This document shows, piece by piece, positions 9,437 through 20,214 of a stretch of 64,000 bases of DNA. Each line of letters begins with the position of its first letter. Within the stretch, counting starts at the first letter, position 1. The DNA is taken from NCBI GenBank assembly GCA_964342395.1, contig CAYFFJ010000003.1, forward strand, positions 2,181 through 66,180, given 5' to 3'. The notes below the pieces were generated by a model. The model made no database searches, had not been told where the DNA came from, and worked only from the letters and a program-made list of their open reading frames with translations. The stretch is from an uncultured Hydrogenophaga sp. GTDB lineage: Bacteria; Pseudomonadota; Gammaproteobacteria; Burkholderiales; Burkholderiaceae_C. Made by a program: the position numbers and the translations under genes.

Positions 9437-10423
9437 TCAAAGCGCCACGGTCTGCCCAGTTTTGGCCGACAACGTGGCAGCCTCGGCCACGGCCAGCGCG
9501 TTCACGCCGTCGTCCAATGTGACCGGCAGCACACCCTGCGTCTGGATGGCCTTGACGAACGCGTTCCACTCGGCTTCGTAGGAGCGCATGTAGCGCTCCA
9601 AGAAGAAATACTCTGGCTTGGCGCTGATAGCGCCGTCGGTGGTGATTTTGGCGACGGTGTTTTCCAGCACGTTGCCTGCCTGCAGCAGGCCGGCGGCGCC
9701 CAGCAGCTCGATGCGCTGGTCGTAGCCGTACACCGCGCGGCGGCTGTTCTTGATAACGGCCAGACGACCGTCGGCGAAGTGCAGCGTGATGATGGCCGTG
9801 TCCACGTCACCGGCGGCACCGATGGCCGGGTCCACGATGCTGGTGCCCACGGCGGTCACGGCCTTGGGGGTGGCACCGTAGAGCCAGCAGGCCATGTCGA
9901 AATCGTGGATCGCCATGTCACGGAACAGGCCGCCAGAGACCTTGACATAGGCCACCGGTGGCGGGGCCGGGTCGAACGATGTGATAGACAACAGTTCGCC
10001 CTTGCCAATGGCGCCGGCGTCGAACTGGGCCTTGAGTGACGCGAAGTTGGGGTCAAAGCGGCGGTTGAAGCCGATCATGACCGGGCGACCGTGTTGCGCA
10101 GCGGCCGCCTGGCAGGCGCGAGCCCGGGCCAGGCTCAGGTCCACCGGTTTCTCACACAGCACCGCCTTGCCGGCAGCGGTGGCGGCTTCGATCAAATCGG
10201 AGTGTGTGTCGGTGGAAGTGGCAATCAGCACGGCGTCGATGCTGGGGTCGGCAATGATTTCCTGCGAACTGCGGGCTTGCGCGCCATAGGCCTGGGCCAG
10301 CTTCTGCGCGGCGGCTTCGTTCACGTCCGACACCGCCACCAGGCGGCTGTCGGCGTTGGCGGTGATGCTCTTGGCGTGGACGTTACCGATGCGGCCTGCG
10401 CCAAGCAATCCAATGTTCAACAT
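9437..10423 (-). CDS. iolG: myo-inositol 2-dehydrogenase
   Basis: Start at MLNIGLLGAGRIGNVHA (ATG 10423), with CEKPV and FNRRFDPNF motifs, in iol context. The 5' extension of ORF 9437..10645 is rejected. Confidence 0.85.
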   Translation of the reverse strand: MLNIGLLGAGRIGNVHAKSITANADSRLVAVSDVNEAAAQKLAQAYGAQARSSQEIIADPSIDAVLIATSTDTHSDLIEAATAAGKAVLCEKPVDLSLARARACQAAAAQHGRPVMIGFNRRFDPNFASLKAQFDAGAIGKGELLSITSFDPAPPPVAYVKVSGGLFRDMAIHDFDMACWLYGATPKAVTAVGTSIVDPAIGAAGDVDTAIITLHFADGRLAVIKNSRRAVYGYDQRIELLGAAGLLQAGNVLENTVAKITTDGAISAKPEYFFLERYMRSYEAEWNAFVKAIQTQGVLPVTLDDGVNALAVAEAATLSAKTGQTVAL

Positions 10424-10460
10424 GTGTATCTCCAGTGAGGTTGAAAAAAATCGGGAAAAT

Positions 10461-11240
10461 TCAGACGGTGAAGGCGCTGCGGAACGCGGACAGTGCCGCT
10501 TCGGGATCGCCGGAGGCAAACGCTTCCATGCCCACCGGGCCGCGGTACCCCATGCCAAACAGCGCGCGCGCGATGTTGCCGTAGTGCATCTCGCCAGTGC
10601 CAGGTTCGCAACGGCCAGGGTTGTCAGCCACTTGCACCTCGCCAATCCAAGGCAGGCAAGCTTGAGTCCAGCGAATCACGTCACCTTCCCCTATCTGGGT
10701 GTGGTACAGGTCCAAGTTGATGCGAAGCTGCGGACGGTTCACCGCCGACACCAGCGACAGCACAGCGGCGGTCGAGCCGAAGGGGCAGCCCGGGTGGTCG
10801 ACCGGGTTGAGGTTTTCCAGGGTGAACGTCACCCCCTCTTTTTCCGCCATGTCGCAGATGCGGTGCAAGGTGTCGCGGGCACGCAGCTCCATGCCGGGTG
10901 CGAACGTGGCCAGTTGCGGAATCGGCAAGCCGAAGTCGCCCAGTCCGGTACCGTGCAGGTTGAGCCGGGCCACGCCCAGACGTTTGCCCACCTGGGCGGT
11001 CTTCTGCGCTGACTTGAGCAGCATGTCGGCGCCGTCCTGGTCGGCCAGTCGACCTTGCAGGTACCCATTCATGATGGTGAAGTTGGCACCCGAACGCTCC
11101 AAGTCATTCAGATCGTGGTCGGGCCAGTTCCAGAGGCCGACGCCGAAGCCCAATTCGGCCAGGCGCCGGACGCGCCAGCCCATGGGTTTGTTGCGCCACA
11201 ACATTTCGGCGCAGGCTGCGAGTTGGAAGGGTTGGGTCAT
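10461..11240 (-). CDS. xylose-isomerase-like TIM-barrel protein (hydroxypyruvate isomerase/IolI-like; possible inosose isomerase)
   Basis: 259 aa with Hyi-family-like sequence. It is the first gene of the unit that includes iolG and lies 25 bp from a GGAA-N6-TTCT site. Confidence 0.6.
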   Translation of the reverse strand: MTQPFQLAACAEMLWRNKPMGWRVRRLAELGFGVGLWNWPDHDLNDLERSGANFTIMNGYLQGRLADQDGADMLLKSAQKTAQVGKRLGVARLNLHGTGLGDFGLPIPQLATFAPGMELRARDTLHRICDMAEKEGVTFTLENLNPVDHPGCPFGSTAAVLSLVSAVNRPQLRINLDLYHTQIGEGDVIRWTQACLPWIGEVQVADNPGRCEPGTGEMHYGNIARALFGMGYRGPVGMEAFASGDPEAALSAFRSAFTV

Positions 11241-11264
11241 GTACTGAATCGCTTCAAATAATTT

Positions 11265-11278
11265 GGAATAAATTTTCT
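11265..11278. promoter_or_regulatory. IolR-type operator candidate 1 (GGAATAAATTTTCT)
   Basis: GGAA-N6-TTCT imperfect palindrome in the divergent iol promoter region. It matches the GGAA-N6-TTCC motif that I recall being reported for S. meliloti IolR. Confidence 0.5.
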
Positions 11279-11415
11279 AAATTGTCACCCCTGCTTGTGA
11301 GGGGGAAACTGTTTGCGTTCACCTGTTGATGCCGTGAAAACACCAATCAACCTGCAAATCGCATGGATGCCACTGTGCCCTGCATGGAAATACTTTTGCA
11401 CTGGTGTAAACCACT

Positions 11416-11429
11416 AGAAAATATTTTCT
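11416..11429. promoter_or_regulatory. IolR-type operator candidate 2 (AGAAAATATTTTCT, perfect 14-bp palindrome)
   Basis: Perfect palindrome sharing TTTTCTAAATT with site 1, and about 240 bp upstream of the ABC binding-protein gene. Confidence 0.5.
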
Positions 11430-11605
11430 AAATTTCGCCTAGGATGCATGCACCGATCCGGTCCGTCAGCACACAGAGAAGCTGATGCCGTTTGGTTCGG
11501 AGCACTCGTCAAGCGGACTGTCCAGCGGAGACAGTGGCCGCCTGGGGCTGTTCCGATCGCGTGGAGGCGACAGCGGTCATTGCGTTCGCTGTGCATGTGG
11601 TTCGG

Positions 11606-11640
11606 GAGCCGGTCGTTTTGTCCGGCTTCAGCTTTTGTTC
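11606..11640 (+). promoter_or_regulatory. terminator-like hairpin in the long leader of the inositol ABC operon
   Basis: GAGCCGG-tcgttttgt-CCGGCTT followed by the T-rich cagcttttgttc, just before the GAGGAG RBS of the 11660 gene. Confidence 0.3.
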
Positions 11641-11659
11641 AACATCTAGAGGAGCATTC

Positions 11660-12595
11660 ATGAAAGTTTTCAACACCCCCCTGAAGGCCGTTGTGGCGAC
11701 CGTTGCACTGGTGGGCGCTGTGGCTGCGCAGGCCCAAACCATTGCGGTGGTGACCCACGGCCAGGCCAACGACGCGTTCTGGTCAGTGGTCAAGAACGGC
11801 GTGGAAGCCGCCGCCAAGGACACCGGCGTCAAGGTCAACTACCGCGCCCCGGAAACCTTTGACATGGTGGCCATGAGCCGCCTGATCGACGCTGCCGTGA
11901 ACCAAAAGCCCGCCGGCCTGGTGGTGTCCGTGCCCGATGCCACGGCCCTGGGTGCCGCGATCGAGCGCGCCGTCAAGGCCGGTGTGCCGGTCATCACCAT
12001 CAACTCGGGCCAGGAGGCTTCCAAGAAACTGGGCGCACTGCTGCACGTAGGGCAGTCCGAATACGACGCGGGCAAAGCCGCTGGCGAAAAGCTCAAAGGC
12101 ATGGGCGGCAAGAACGGCATCTGCGTGAACCAGGAAGTGGGCAATGTGTCGCTGGACCTGCGCTGCAAGGGCTTTGCCGACGGCTTCGGCGGCAAATCCA
12201 AGGTAGTGCCTACCGGCAACGAGCCGTCGGAAGTGCGCGCCAAGGTCAAGGCTGCGCTGGACTCCGACACCTCGGTGGACACCATCATGGCGTTGGGTGC
12301 CGCCACCGCCGGTGAGCCCTCACTGGCGGCCGCCAAGGCAACTGGCCGCCTGGCCAGCATCCGTGTGGCCACGTTCGACATGTCACCCGGTTTCCTGAAA
12401 GCCCTGGTGGCCAAGGAAGCTGCTTTCGCCATCGACCAGCAGCAGTTCCTGCAAGGCTACCTGTCGGTGAACTTCCTGGCGCTGCACGCCAAGTTCGGTC
12501 TGATGCCCGGCGGCAACGTGCCCTCTGGCCCCAACCTGATCACGTCCGACAAGGCCGCTCAGGTGATCGATTTGTCCGCCAAGGGCATTCGGTAA
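11660..12595 (+). CDS. sugar (inositol) ABC transporter periplasmic binding protein
   Basis: RBS GAGGAG, signal peptide MKVFNTPLKAVVATVALVGAVAAQAQ, and a type I periplasmic binding fold sequence, in iol context. Confidence 0.85.
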   Translation: MKVFNTPLKAVVATVALVGAVAAQAQTIAVVTHGQANDAFWSVVKNGVEAAAKDTGVKVNYRAPETFDMVAMSRLIDAAVNQKPAGLVVSVPDATALGAAIERAVKAGVPVITINSGQEASKKLGALLHVGQSEYDAGKAAGEKLKGMGGKNGICVNQEVGNVSLDLRCKGFADGFGGKSKVVPTGNEPSEVRAKVKAALDSDTSVDTIMALGAATAGEPSLAAAKATGRLASIRVATFDMSPGFLKALVAKEAAFAIDQQQFLQGYLSVNFLALHAKFGLMPGGNVPSGPNLITSDKAAQVIDLSAKGIR

Positions 12596-12686
12596 TCAGC
12601 CCCGCTGAAGAGGGCGGGTTCGTCGGTAGGCGGCCCGCCTTTGCTTCTTCGGGTGACCTGTTTTCTCTCTTTGCAATGGATCGTCG

Positions 12687-13793
12687 ATGAAACCAGACAC
12701 CCCCGCGCTCGCCGATGAGCGCCTCAAACCCGTTTCTGCGCTGGCCAGCCTGTTGCGTCGTCCCGAACTGGGCGCCATCGCCGGACTGGCCGTGGTCGTG
12801 CTGTTCTTTGTGCTCACCGCAGATCCGGTGATGTTCACAATGGCCGGCTTCATTAACTTCATGACCCCTGCCGCACAACTGGGCATCCTGGCCCTGGGGG
12901 CCGCTTTGCTGATGATTGGCGGTGAGTTCGATCTGTCGGTGGGCTCAATGGTGGCCTTTGCAGGGCTGATTTTTGGAACAGCGCTGACCGTGATGCAACT
13001 GCCCCTGGGTGTGGCAGTGCTGTTGACCATCGCGGTGGGCCTCGCACTGGGCTGGGTGAATGCGCAAATTGTGCTGCGCACCGGTTTGCCCAGCTTTATC
13101 GTGACGCTAGCCTTCCTGTTCATCCTGCGGGGTCTGAGCCTGGTGGGTCTGAAATGGGCCACCGGTGGTTCCACGCAGATGCGTGGCATCGACGAGGCCG
13201 TCGCTGGCCACCTGTTTGTCAGCCTGTTCAGTGGCAATGCCTTTGAAAACGCGTTCGCCTGGATGGCACGCGAGGGCTGGATCGCTTCGTTCGAGAACGG
13301 TCAGCCCACCGTCACCGGTCTGCCGGTAGAAATTCTCTGGTTCATCGCGCTGACGCTGGTGGCCACCTGGATACTGCTGCGCACGCCCGCAGGCAACTGG
13401 ATCTTTGCCGCCGGTGGCGACCCCAAAGCCGCCATGAACTCGGGTGTGCCGGTGCGCCGCGTCAAGATCAGCCTCTTCATGCTGGCCGCCGCCTGTGCTG
13501 CGTTGGTGGCCATCATCACCGTGCTCAGCAGTGGCTCCACCGATGCGCGCCGGGGCTTCCAGAAAGAGTTCGAAGCCATCATCGCAGCTGTGATCGGTGG
13601 CTGCCTGCTGACCGGTGGCTACGGCACCGCGATTGGCGCCTTCCTGGGTTCCATCATCTTCGGCATCGTGATGATCGGCCTGACCTACACGAACATCGAC
13701 CAGGACTGGTACCTGGTCTTCCTGGGTGGCATGTTGCTGGTGGCGGTGCTGTTCAACAACATCATTCGCAAGCGCGTGACAGGGGAACGTTGA
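12687..13793 (+). CDS. sugar ABC transporter permease
   Basis: 368 aa, multi-TM and hydrophobic, lying between the binding protein and the ATPase. Confidence 0.85.
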   Translation: MKPDTPALADERLKPVSALASLLRRPELGAIAGLAVVVLFFVLTADPVMFTMAGFINFMTPAAQLGILALGAALLMIGGEFDLSVGSMVAFAGLIFGTALTVMQLPLGVAVLLTIAVGLALGWVNAQIVLRTGLPSFIVTLAFLFILRGLSLVGLKWATGGSTQMRGIDEAVAGHLFVSLFSGNAFENAFAWMAREGWIASFENGQPTVTGLPVEILWFIALTLVATWILLRTPAGNWIFAAGGDPKAAMNSGVPVRRVKISLFMLAAACAALVAIITVLSSGSTDARRGFQKEFEAIIAAVIGGCLLTGGYGTAIGAFLGSIIFGIVMIGLTYTNIDQDWYLVFLGGMLLVAVLFNNIIRKRVTGER

Positions 13794-13794
13794 G

Positions 13795-14583
13795 ATGACA
13801 AAAAACCAAAAACCCCTGCTGGAGATGCAGGACATTCAGAAGCACTTCGGCAACGTCATTGCGTTGTCGGGCGTCTCGTTTGATGTACGGGTCGGCGAAT
13901 GCCACTGCCTGTTGGGCGACAACGGCGCCGGCAAGTCCACCTTCATCAAGACCATGTCGGGTGTGCACCCACCCAGCGCTGGCGAGATGCGCGTCAACGG
14001 CAAGGCCGTGCGCTTTGCCAGTCCGCGCGAGGCCATGGGCGTCGGCATTGCCACCGTGTTCCAAGACCTGGCCATGATCCCGCTGATGTCGGTCACTCGC
14101 AATTTCTGGATGGGGCGAGAGCCCACGCTGGGCTGGGGACCGCTCAAGCGCTTCGACGTGAAGCGCGCCAACGATGTGACCATGGAGCAAATGACCCAGA
14201 TGGGCATCCAACTGCGCGAACCCGATCAGGCGGTGGGCACGCTCTCCGGTGGTGAGCGCCAGACGGTGGCGATTGCGCGCGCGGTCTACTTCGGTGCCAA
14301 AGTGCTGATCCTCGACGAGCCCACTTCGGCGCTGGGCGTGCGCCAGACCGCCAACGTGCTGGCCACCATTGCCCGCGTGCGCCAGCAAGGCATCGGCGTG
14401 GTGTTCATCACCCACAACGTGCGCCATGCCATGGCCGTGGGCGACCGATTCACCGTGCTCAACCGAGGCAAGACGCTGGGCACCGCCGCCCGTGGCGACA
14501 TCACCGCCGAACAGTTGCAAGACCTGATGGCCGGCGGGCAGGAGCTCGCCAGCCTGGAAGGCTCCCTTGGAGGGACGGTATGA
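13795..14583 (+). CDS. sugar ABC transporter ATP-binding protein (single NBD)
   Basis: Walker [10 protein letters not shown], signature LSGGERQ and Walker [11 protein letters not shown]. Confidence 0.9.
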   Translation: MTKNQKPLLEMQDIQKHFGNVIALSGVSFDVRVGECHCLLGDNGAGKSTFIKTMSGVHPPSAGEMRVNGKAVRFASPREAMGVGIATVFQDLAMIPLMSVTRNFWMGREPTLGWGPLKRFDVKRANDVTMEQMTQMGIQLREPDQAVGTLSGGERQTVAIARAVYFGAKVLILDEPTSALGVRQTANVLATIARVRQQGIGVVFITHNVRHAMAVGDRFTVLNRGKTLGTAARGDITAEQLQDLMAGGQELASLEGSLGGTV

Positions 14584-16541
14584 GTGTTCTTGAGTTGCTT
14601 GCAGCGGCCCCTGGCCGCCGCCACGACCTGGCCTGCCTGGGCCGTCTGGCCGTGGACCTGTACGCCCAACAGTTCGGCGCCCGCCTGGAAGACGCGCGCA
14701 GCGTGGCCAAGTACCTGGGTGGCAGTTCGGCCAACCTGGCGTTCGGCGTGGCCCGCCTGGGTGGCAAAAGCGCCATGATCTCGCGCGTCGGTGACGAGCA
14801 GATGGGCCGTTTTCTCACCGAGGCCCTGCGCGCCGAGGGCTGCGACACCAGCCAGGTGCAGGTAGACCCGGAACGCCTGACCGCCCTGGTGCTGCTGGGA
14901 CTGAAAGACCGCGACACCTTCCCGCTGCTCTTCGTGCGCGAAAACTGCGCCGACATGGCGCTGGACGCCGCCGCCATTGACGAGGGCTTCATCGCCCAAT
15001 GCCGAGCGCTGGCCATCACCGGGACCCACCTCTCCACCGACGGCACCCGCGCCGCCGCGCACAAGGCGCTGCAGGCCGCGCGCCGCAGCGGCACCGTGAC
15101 CGTGCTCGACATCGACTACCGCCCCGTGCTTTGGGGCCTGACCGGCCGGGGTGCGGGTGAAAACCGCTTCGTCGACGACGCGGGTGTGACGCGCCAGCTG
15201 CAGGCTTCGCTGCCGCTGTTCGATTTGCTGGTCGGCACCGAGGAAGAGTTCTTCATCGCCGGCGGCGTGGCCGACGACCTCATCGCCAGCCTGCGCGCGG
15301 TGCGCACCTTGTGCCCCACGGCCACCCTGGTGGTCAAGCGCGGTGCTTTGGGCTGCTGCGTGATCGAAGGCGAGATCCCGGACGACATCGACGCTGCGCC
15401 CACCTACCGGGGCGAGCGCGTGGAGGTGCTCAATGTGCTGGGCGCGGGTGACGCCTTCCTCTCGGGCCTGATGGCCAGCCTGTTGCAGGGCAAGGATTGG
15501 GCCGAGGCCACCCAGGTGGCCAACGCCTGCGGCGCCATCGTGGTCTCGCGCCACGCCTGCTCGGCGGCCATGCCCACACCGGCCGAACTGGCGCACTGGT
15601 TCAGCGGCAGCCGCAACCCCAAGGTCGACGCCGACGAGCAACTGGCCCACCTGCACCGGGTCACGGCCGCACGCCCCAGTTGGAACGACTTGTGCGTGAT
15701 GGCCTTCGACCACCGCAGCCAGTTCTACGACATCGCCCGCGCTGCGGGCGCCAGCGACAGCAAGGTGCCTGCGCTCAAAAAGCTGCTGGTGCAGGCGGCC
15801 GAACAGGTCGAGCGCAGCCACCAGCTGCAGGGCCACACCGGCGTGTTGATCGACGGCGGCGACTACGGCCGCGACGCCCTGGCCAGTGCCACAGGCCGTG
15901 GCTGGTGGGTGGGCCGTCCGGTGGAGCTGCCGGGCTCGCGCCCCTTGCGTTTTGACGGCACCCGCTCCGTGGGCAGCTCGCTGATCCACTGGCCAACCGA
16001 GCAGGTGGTCAAGTGCCTGGTGCACTACCACCCGGACGATCACTTCGAGTTGCGCCTGCAGCAGGAGCAGACCGTACTGGAGCTGTGGGAAGCCACACGC
16101 GAAAGCGGCAACGAACTGCTGCTGGAGATCATTGCCCCGAAAGCTCTGACACCCGAGGGCACGGCCGACGCCACCGTGCTGCGTGCGGTCAAACGTTTCT
16201 ACAACCTGGGCGTCAAGCCCGAGTGGTGGAAGCTGGCGCCCATGCAGGCGCAGGGCTGGCGCGACCTGGAGGCGCTGATTGCCGAGCGCGACCGCCACTG
16301 CCGCGGCGCCGTGATCCTGGGGCTGAACCAGCCGCTGGACTTCTTGGCGAGCAGCTTCGCCAACGCCACCAACCCCATCGTCAAGGGTTTCATGGTCGGA
16401 CGTACCCTGTGGGCCGACGCGTCCCTGAAATGGTTCAAGGGCGAGATGGACGACGCGGCCTTTGTGGACGAAGTCGCCCGCAATTTCGCGGTGCTGGTGG
16501 ACGCATGGCGCAAGCGCCACGCCGCCCAACGCGCAGCCTGA
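14580..16541 (+). CDS. iolC: bifunctional 5-dehydro-2-deoxygluconokinase / DUF2090-type aldolase domain protein
   Basis: Its ATG overlaps the upstream stop (ATGA). The N-terminal half is a PfkB kinase (NVLGAGDAF). The roughly 300 aa C-terminal extension is typical of proteobacterial IolC fusions. Confidence 0.8.
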   Translation: MSVLELLAAAPGRRHDLACLGRLAVDLYAQQFGARLEDARSVAKYLGGSSANLAFGVARLGGKSAMISRVGDEQMGRFLTEALRAEGCDTSQVQVDPERLTALVLLGLKDRDTFPLLFVRENCADMALDAAAIDEGFIAQCRALAITGTHLSTDGTRAAAHKALQAARRSGTVTVLDIDYRPVLWGLTGRGAGENRFVDDAGVTRQLQASLPLFDLLVGTEEEFFIAGGVADDLIASLRAVRTLCPTATLVVKRGALGCCVIEGEIPDDIDAAPTYRGERVEVLNVLGAGDAFLSGLMASLLQGKDWAEATQVANACGAIVVSRHACSAAMPTPAELAHWFSGSRNPKVDADEQLAHLHRVTAARPSWNDLCVMAFDHRSQFYDIARAAGASDSKVPALKKLLVQAAEQVERSHQLQGHTGVLIDGGDYGRDALASATGRGWWVGRPVELPGSRPLRFDGTRSVGSSLIHWPTEQVVKCLVHYHPDDHFELRLQQEQTVLELWEATRESGNELLLEIIAPKALTPEGTADATVLRAVKRFYNLGVKPEWWKLAPMQAQGWRDLEALIAERDRHCRGAVILGLNQPLDFLASSFANATNPIVKGFMVGRTLWADASLKWFKGEMDDAAFVDEVARNFAVLVDAWRKRHAAQRAA

Positions 16542-16558
16542 ACACGCTGATTGACAAC

Positions 16559-18436
16559 ATGAAAACCCAACGACTCACAATGGCGCAGGCGCTGGTCAAA
16601 CACTTGGCCGCCCTGCGCGCAGAGGTGGAACACCTCGACGGCCACACCGCCATCGAACCCTATTGCGGCGGCGTGTTCACCATCTTCGGCCACGGCAACG
16701 TGGCCGGCATGGGCGAGGCCCTGGTGGCCGAGCGCGAGCGGCTCACCACCTACCGCGCCCACAACGAACAGACCATGGCGCACGCCGCCATCGCGTTCGC
16801 CAAGGCCCAGTTCCGCCAGCGCATCATGGCCGTGTCCACCAGCATCGGTCCGGGCGCGACCAACCTGGTGACGGCCGCAGCCGTGGCCCATGTGAACCGA
16901 CTGCCGGTGCTGCTGCTGCCCGGCGACGTGTTTGCCACCCGCCGACCCGACCCGGTGCTGCAGCAGGTGGAAAGTTTTTCCCAGGGCGACGTCAGCGCCA
17001 GCGACTGCTTGCGCCCGGTCACGCGCTACTTCGACCGCCTCACCCGCCCCGAGCACATCCTGACCGCGCTGCCACGCGCGATCCAGACGATGACCGACCC
17101 GGCCAACTGCGGCCCCGCCTGCCTGTCGCTGCCACAGGACGTGCAGGCCATGGCCTTCGATTGCCCCGAGGACTTCCTCAACCCCGGCGTGCTGCGCTTT
17201 CGCCGTCCGCCGGCAGACGAGCGCGAGCTGGCCGACGCTGTGGCGCTGTTGCGCAGTGCCAAGCGCCCGCTCATCGTGGCCGGTGGTGGCGTGCTCTACA
17301 GCCAGGCTTGGGGCCCGCTGCGTGCCTTCGTCGAGGCCCACGGCGTGCCCGTGGTCGAGTCGCACGGCGGCAAGAGCAGCCTGCCCTGGGACCACCCGCT
17401 GAACCTGGGTGCCATCGGGGTGGACGGCGTGTCCGCCGCCAATGAACTGGCGCGCGAGGCCGACGTGGTGTTTGCCGTGGGTACCCGCCTGCAGGACTTC
17501 ACCACCGGCTCGCACGCGCTGTTCCCGCAGGCCAAGCTGCTGAGCCTGAACGTGCAGCCCTACGACGCAGGCAAGTGGAGCGGCATGGCGCTGGTGGCCG
17601 ATGCCCGCGTGGGGCTGGGCCAGTTGAAAACCGGCCTGGCTGGCTGGGCGGCCGAAGCCGCCTGGACGCTGCGCGCCAAGCAACTGGCCCGGGCCAGCAA
17701 CGAACGCATCACGGCGTTGACCCGCAACGTGCCCAAGGACGTGCTGCCTTACGACGCAGAAGTGATTGGCGCCGTGCGCGACTCGGCCACCGAGCTGGGC
17801 CTGGACAGCGGCACCCGCGACGTGGCCCTCTGCGCTGCGGGCACCCTGCCGGCCGAGCTGCACAAGCTCTGGCGCGCCAGCCTGGCGGGCAACTACCACA
17901 TGGAGTACGGCTACTCCTGCATGGGCTACGAAGTGGCCGGCGGCCTGGGCGTCAAGATGGCCCGCCCGGACCAGGAAAGCATCGTCTTTGTGGGCGACGG
18001 CTCCTACATGATGGCCAACTCCGAGCTGGCCACCTCCGTGCTGCTGGGCCAGAAGATGATTGTGGTGGTGCTGGACAACCGGGGTTACGGCTGCATCGAG
18101 CGCCTGCAGCTGAAAACCGGCAGCCCCAGTTTCAACAACATGCTGGATGACTGCGTGCCCGAGGGCGGCGAGCGCAGCACCATCGACTTCGCCCTGCACG
18201 CCCGCGCCATGGGCGCCGACGCGGTGCACGTGAAAGACGTGGCCGAACTCAAGGCCGCCATGGTCAAGGCCCGCCAGGCCCAGCGCACCCAGGTCATCGT
18301 CATCGACACCACCCACCACCGCACCACCGACGGTGGCTGCTGGTGGGAGGTGGCCATCCCCGAGGTGTCCACGCGCAGCGAAGTGCGCGCGGCCTACGCT
18401 GACTGTGCACGGGCCCAGACGCAGCAACGCATCTGA
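16559..18436 (+). CDS. iolD: 3D-(3,5/4)-trihydroxycyclohexane-1,2-dione acylhydrolase (decyclizing)
   Basis: Start at MKTQRLTMAQALVKHL. It is a ThDP enzyme with the GDGSYMM...N motif, about 625 aa. The 5' extension of ORF 16013..18436 is rejected. Confidence 0.85.
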   Translation: MKTQRLTMAQALVKHLAALRAEVEHLDGHTAIEPYCGGVFTIFGHGNVAGMGEALVAERERLTTYRAHNEQTMAHAAIAFAKAQFRQRIMAVSTSIGPGATNLVTAAAVAHVNRLPVLLLPGDVFATRRPDPVLQQVESFSQGDVSASDCLRPVTRYFDRLTRPEHILTALPRAIQTMTDPANCGPACLSLPQDVQAMAFDCPEDFLNPGVLRFRRPPADERELADAVALLRSAKRPLIVAGGGVLYSQAWGPLRAFVEAHGVPVVESHGGKSSLPWDHPLNLGAIGVDGVSAANELAREADVVFAVGTRLQDFTTGSHALFPQAKLLSLNVQPYDAGKWSGMALVADARVGLGQLKTGLAGWAAEAAWTLRAKQLARASNERITALTRNVPKDVLPYDAEVIGAVRDSATELGLDSGTRDVALCAAGTLPAELHKLWRASLAGNYHMEYGYSCMGYEVAGGLGVKMARPDQESIVFVGDGSYMMANSELATSVLLGQKMIVVVLDNRGYGCIERLQLKTGSPSFNNMLDDCVPEGGERSTIDFALHARAMGADAVHVKDVAELKAAMVKARQAQRTQVIVIDTTHHRTTDGGCWWEVAIPEVSTRSEVRAAYADCARAQTQQRI

Positions 18437-18472
18437 GCCTCCCCATTTCCGTGAACAAATGAAGGAACCGAT

Positions 18473-19399
18473 ATGAGCTGGAATGTCCGCATTGGCATCA
18501 ACCCCCTGTCTTGGATGAACGACGACCTGCCGTCCCTGGGCGGCGAAACACCACTGGAAACCGCGCTGAAGGAAGGCAAGGAAATCGGCTACGAAGGCTT
18601 CGAGCTGGGCAACAAGTTCCCCAAGGACGGCCCGGGCCTGAAGGCCAAACTTGACGAGTTCGGCCTGGCCTGCGTGTCGGGCTGGTACTCGGGGTTCCTG
18701 GCCGAACTGGCGCCAGGCCAGGACAACGCGCAGGCTGTGGCGGCTGAAATCGACCGCTGCAAAACGCACATGGCCAAGCTGCAATACAACGGTGTCAAAG
18801 TCGTGGTTTATGGCGAGTGCGCGGGCACGGTGCAGGGCCAGATCGACACGCCCGTGTCCAAGCGCCCGCAGTTCGCCAGCGAAACCCTGTGGCAGGCCTA
18901 CGCCGAGCGCCTGAACGCCTTTGGCGAGCACCTGCTCAAAACCTACGGTATCAAGCTGGCGTACCACCACCACATGGGCGCCTATGTCGAATCACCAGCC
19001 GACGTGGACAAGTTGATGGCTCTGACCGACCCGGCCAAGGTCTTCCTGCTGTTCGACACGGGCCACGCCTATTTCGGGGGGGCGGCCAACCCGGTAGACC
19101 TGCTGAGCAAACATGTGAAGCGGGTGGTGCACGTGCACTGCAAAGACGTGCGCACCCCGGTGATTGCCCAGGCCCGCAACGACGGTTGGAGCTTCCTCAA
19201 CGGCGTGATCAACGGCACTTTCACCGTGCCCGGCGACGGCAGCATTGACTACGCCGCCACGCTCAAGACGTTGAAGGACAACGGCTACGAAGGCTGGCTG
19301 GTGGTCGAGGCCGAGCAAGACCCTGCCGTGGCGCCAAGCTACCCGTACGCCCAGAAGGGCTACCAGACCCTGCGCGGCCTGGTCGAAGCCCTGAACTGA
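18473..19399 (+). CDS. iolE: myo-inosose-2 dehydratase
   Basis: 308 aa TIM-barrel (AP_endonuc_2-like) protein beginning MSWNVRIGINPLSWMNDDLP, a typical IolE N-terminus. Confidence 0.85.
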   Translation: MSWNVRIGINPLSWMNDDLPSLGGETPLETALKEGKEIGYEGFELGNKFPKDGPGLKAKLDEFGLACVSGWYSGFLAELAPGQDNAQAVAAEIDRCKTHMAKLQYNGVKVVVYGECAGTVQGQIDTPVSKRPQFASETLWQAYAERLNAFGEHLLKTYGIKLAYHHHMGAYVESPADVDKLMALTDPAKVFLLFDTGHAYFGGAANPVDLLSKHVKRVVHVHCKDVRTPVIAQARNDGWSFLNGVINGTFTVPGDGSIDYAATLKTLKDNGYEGWLVVEAEQDPAVAPSYPYAQKGYQTLRGLVEALN

Positions 19400-19410
19400 G
19401 GAGCCGCGAC

Positions 19411-20214
19411 ATGGTCAGCCCATTGCTCGCCAAGGCAGCGCCCACCGGGCGCGAAATCGTCAACGTCACGCCCGAGCGGGCCGGTTGGACGCACGTGGGC
19501 TTTCGCGCCCTGCGCCTGGCGGCCGGCGAGTCGGATGCAGTGCAAACGGGTGAGCGCGAGCTGTGCCTGGTGGTGCTCACCGGCACGGTCGACGTCACCA
19601 TAGACGGCGAGACGCACGCCAGCCTGGGCACGCGCAACAGCGTGTTCGAGGACGTGTCGCCTGCGGCGGTGTACGTGCCGCCGGGCAAAGGGGTGCACAT
19701 CCGCGCGGTGCGGGCGGCCGAGGTGGCGCTGTGCAGCGCACCGGCCGGTGCACACAACGGCAAGGTCTGTGTGATCGATCCGGCCAAAATGAAGCGCAGT
19801 GTGCGTGGCAAAGGCACGAACACGCGCTATGTCTGCGACATCCTGCCGCACGACGACCCGACAGCGGCGCATTTGCTGGTGGTGGAGGTGATGACGCCGG
19901 CCAGCCATTCGAGCAGCTACCCGCCGCACAAGCACGACCAGGAAACGCCGCCCACGGAAACCCTGCTGGAAGAGACGTATTACCACCGCCTCAACCCGCC
20001 GCAGGGTTTTGCCTTCCAGCGCGTCTACACCGACGACCGCAGCCTGGACGAGGCCTGCGCGGTGGAGGACCACGACGTGGTGATGGTGCCGCGCGGCTAC
20101 CACCCGGTGGTGGCGCCGCACGGCTACGACCTGTATTACTTGAACGTGATGGCGGGGCCCAACCGCTTCTGGGTCTTCAAGAACGACCCCCAACATGAAT
20201 GGATGTTGAAGTGA
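19411..20214 (+). CDS. iolB: 5-deoxy-glucuronate isomerase
   Basis: 267 aa cupin protein; YPPHKHDQ and GYHPVVAPHGYDLYYLNVMAGP are typical of IolB. Confidence 0.85.
   Translation: MVSPLLAKAAPTGREIVNVTPERAGWTHVGFRALRLAAGESDAVQTGERELCLVVLTGTVDVTIDGETHASLGTRNSVFEDVSPAAVYVPPGKGVHIRAVRAAEVALCSAPAGAHNGKVCVIDPAKMKRSVRGKGTNTRYVCDILPHDDPTAAHLLVVEVMTPASHSSSYPPHKHDQETPPTETLLEETYYHRLNPPQGFAFQRVYTDDRSLDEACAVEDHDVVMVPRGYHPVVAPHGYDLYYLNVMAGPNRFWVFKNDPQHEWMLK

Noticed and set aside
14286-18973. Very long minus-strand ORFs (747 aa at 14286..16529 and 924 aa at 16199..18973) opposite iolC and iolD
   Set aside because: They have no recognisable motifs and a Gly/Ala/Arg/His-rich composition. They lie antisense to genes with strong family signatures, so they are GC-driven shadow ORFs. 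The same reasoning applies to 24705..26534, 28758..30338, 32734..34587, 43056..44354, 51996..53660 and 60032..61939.
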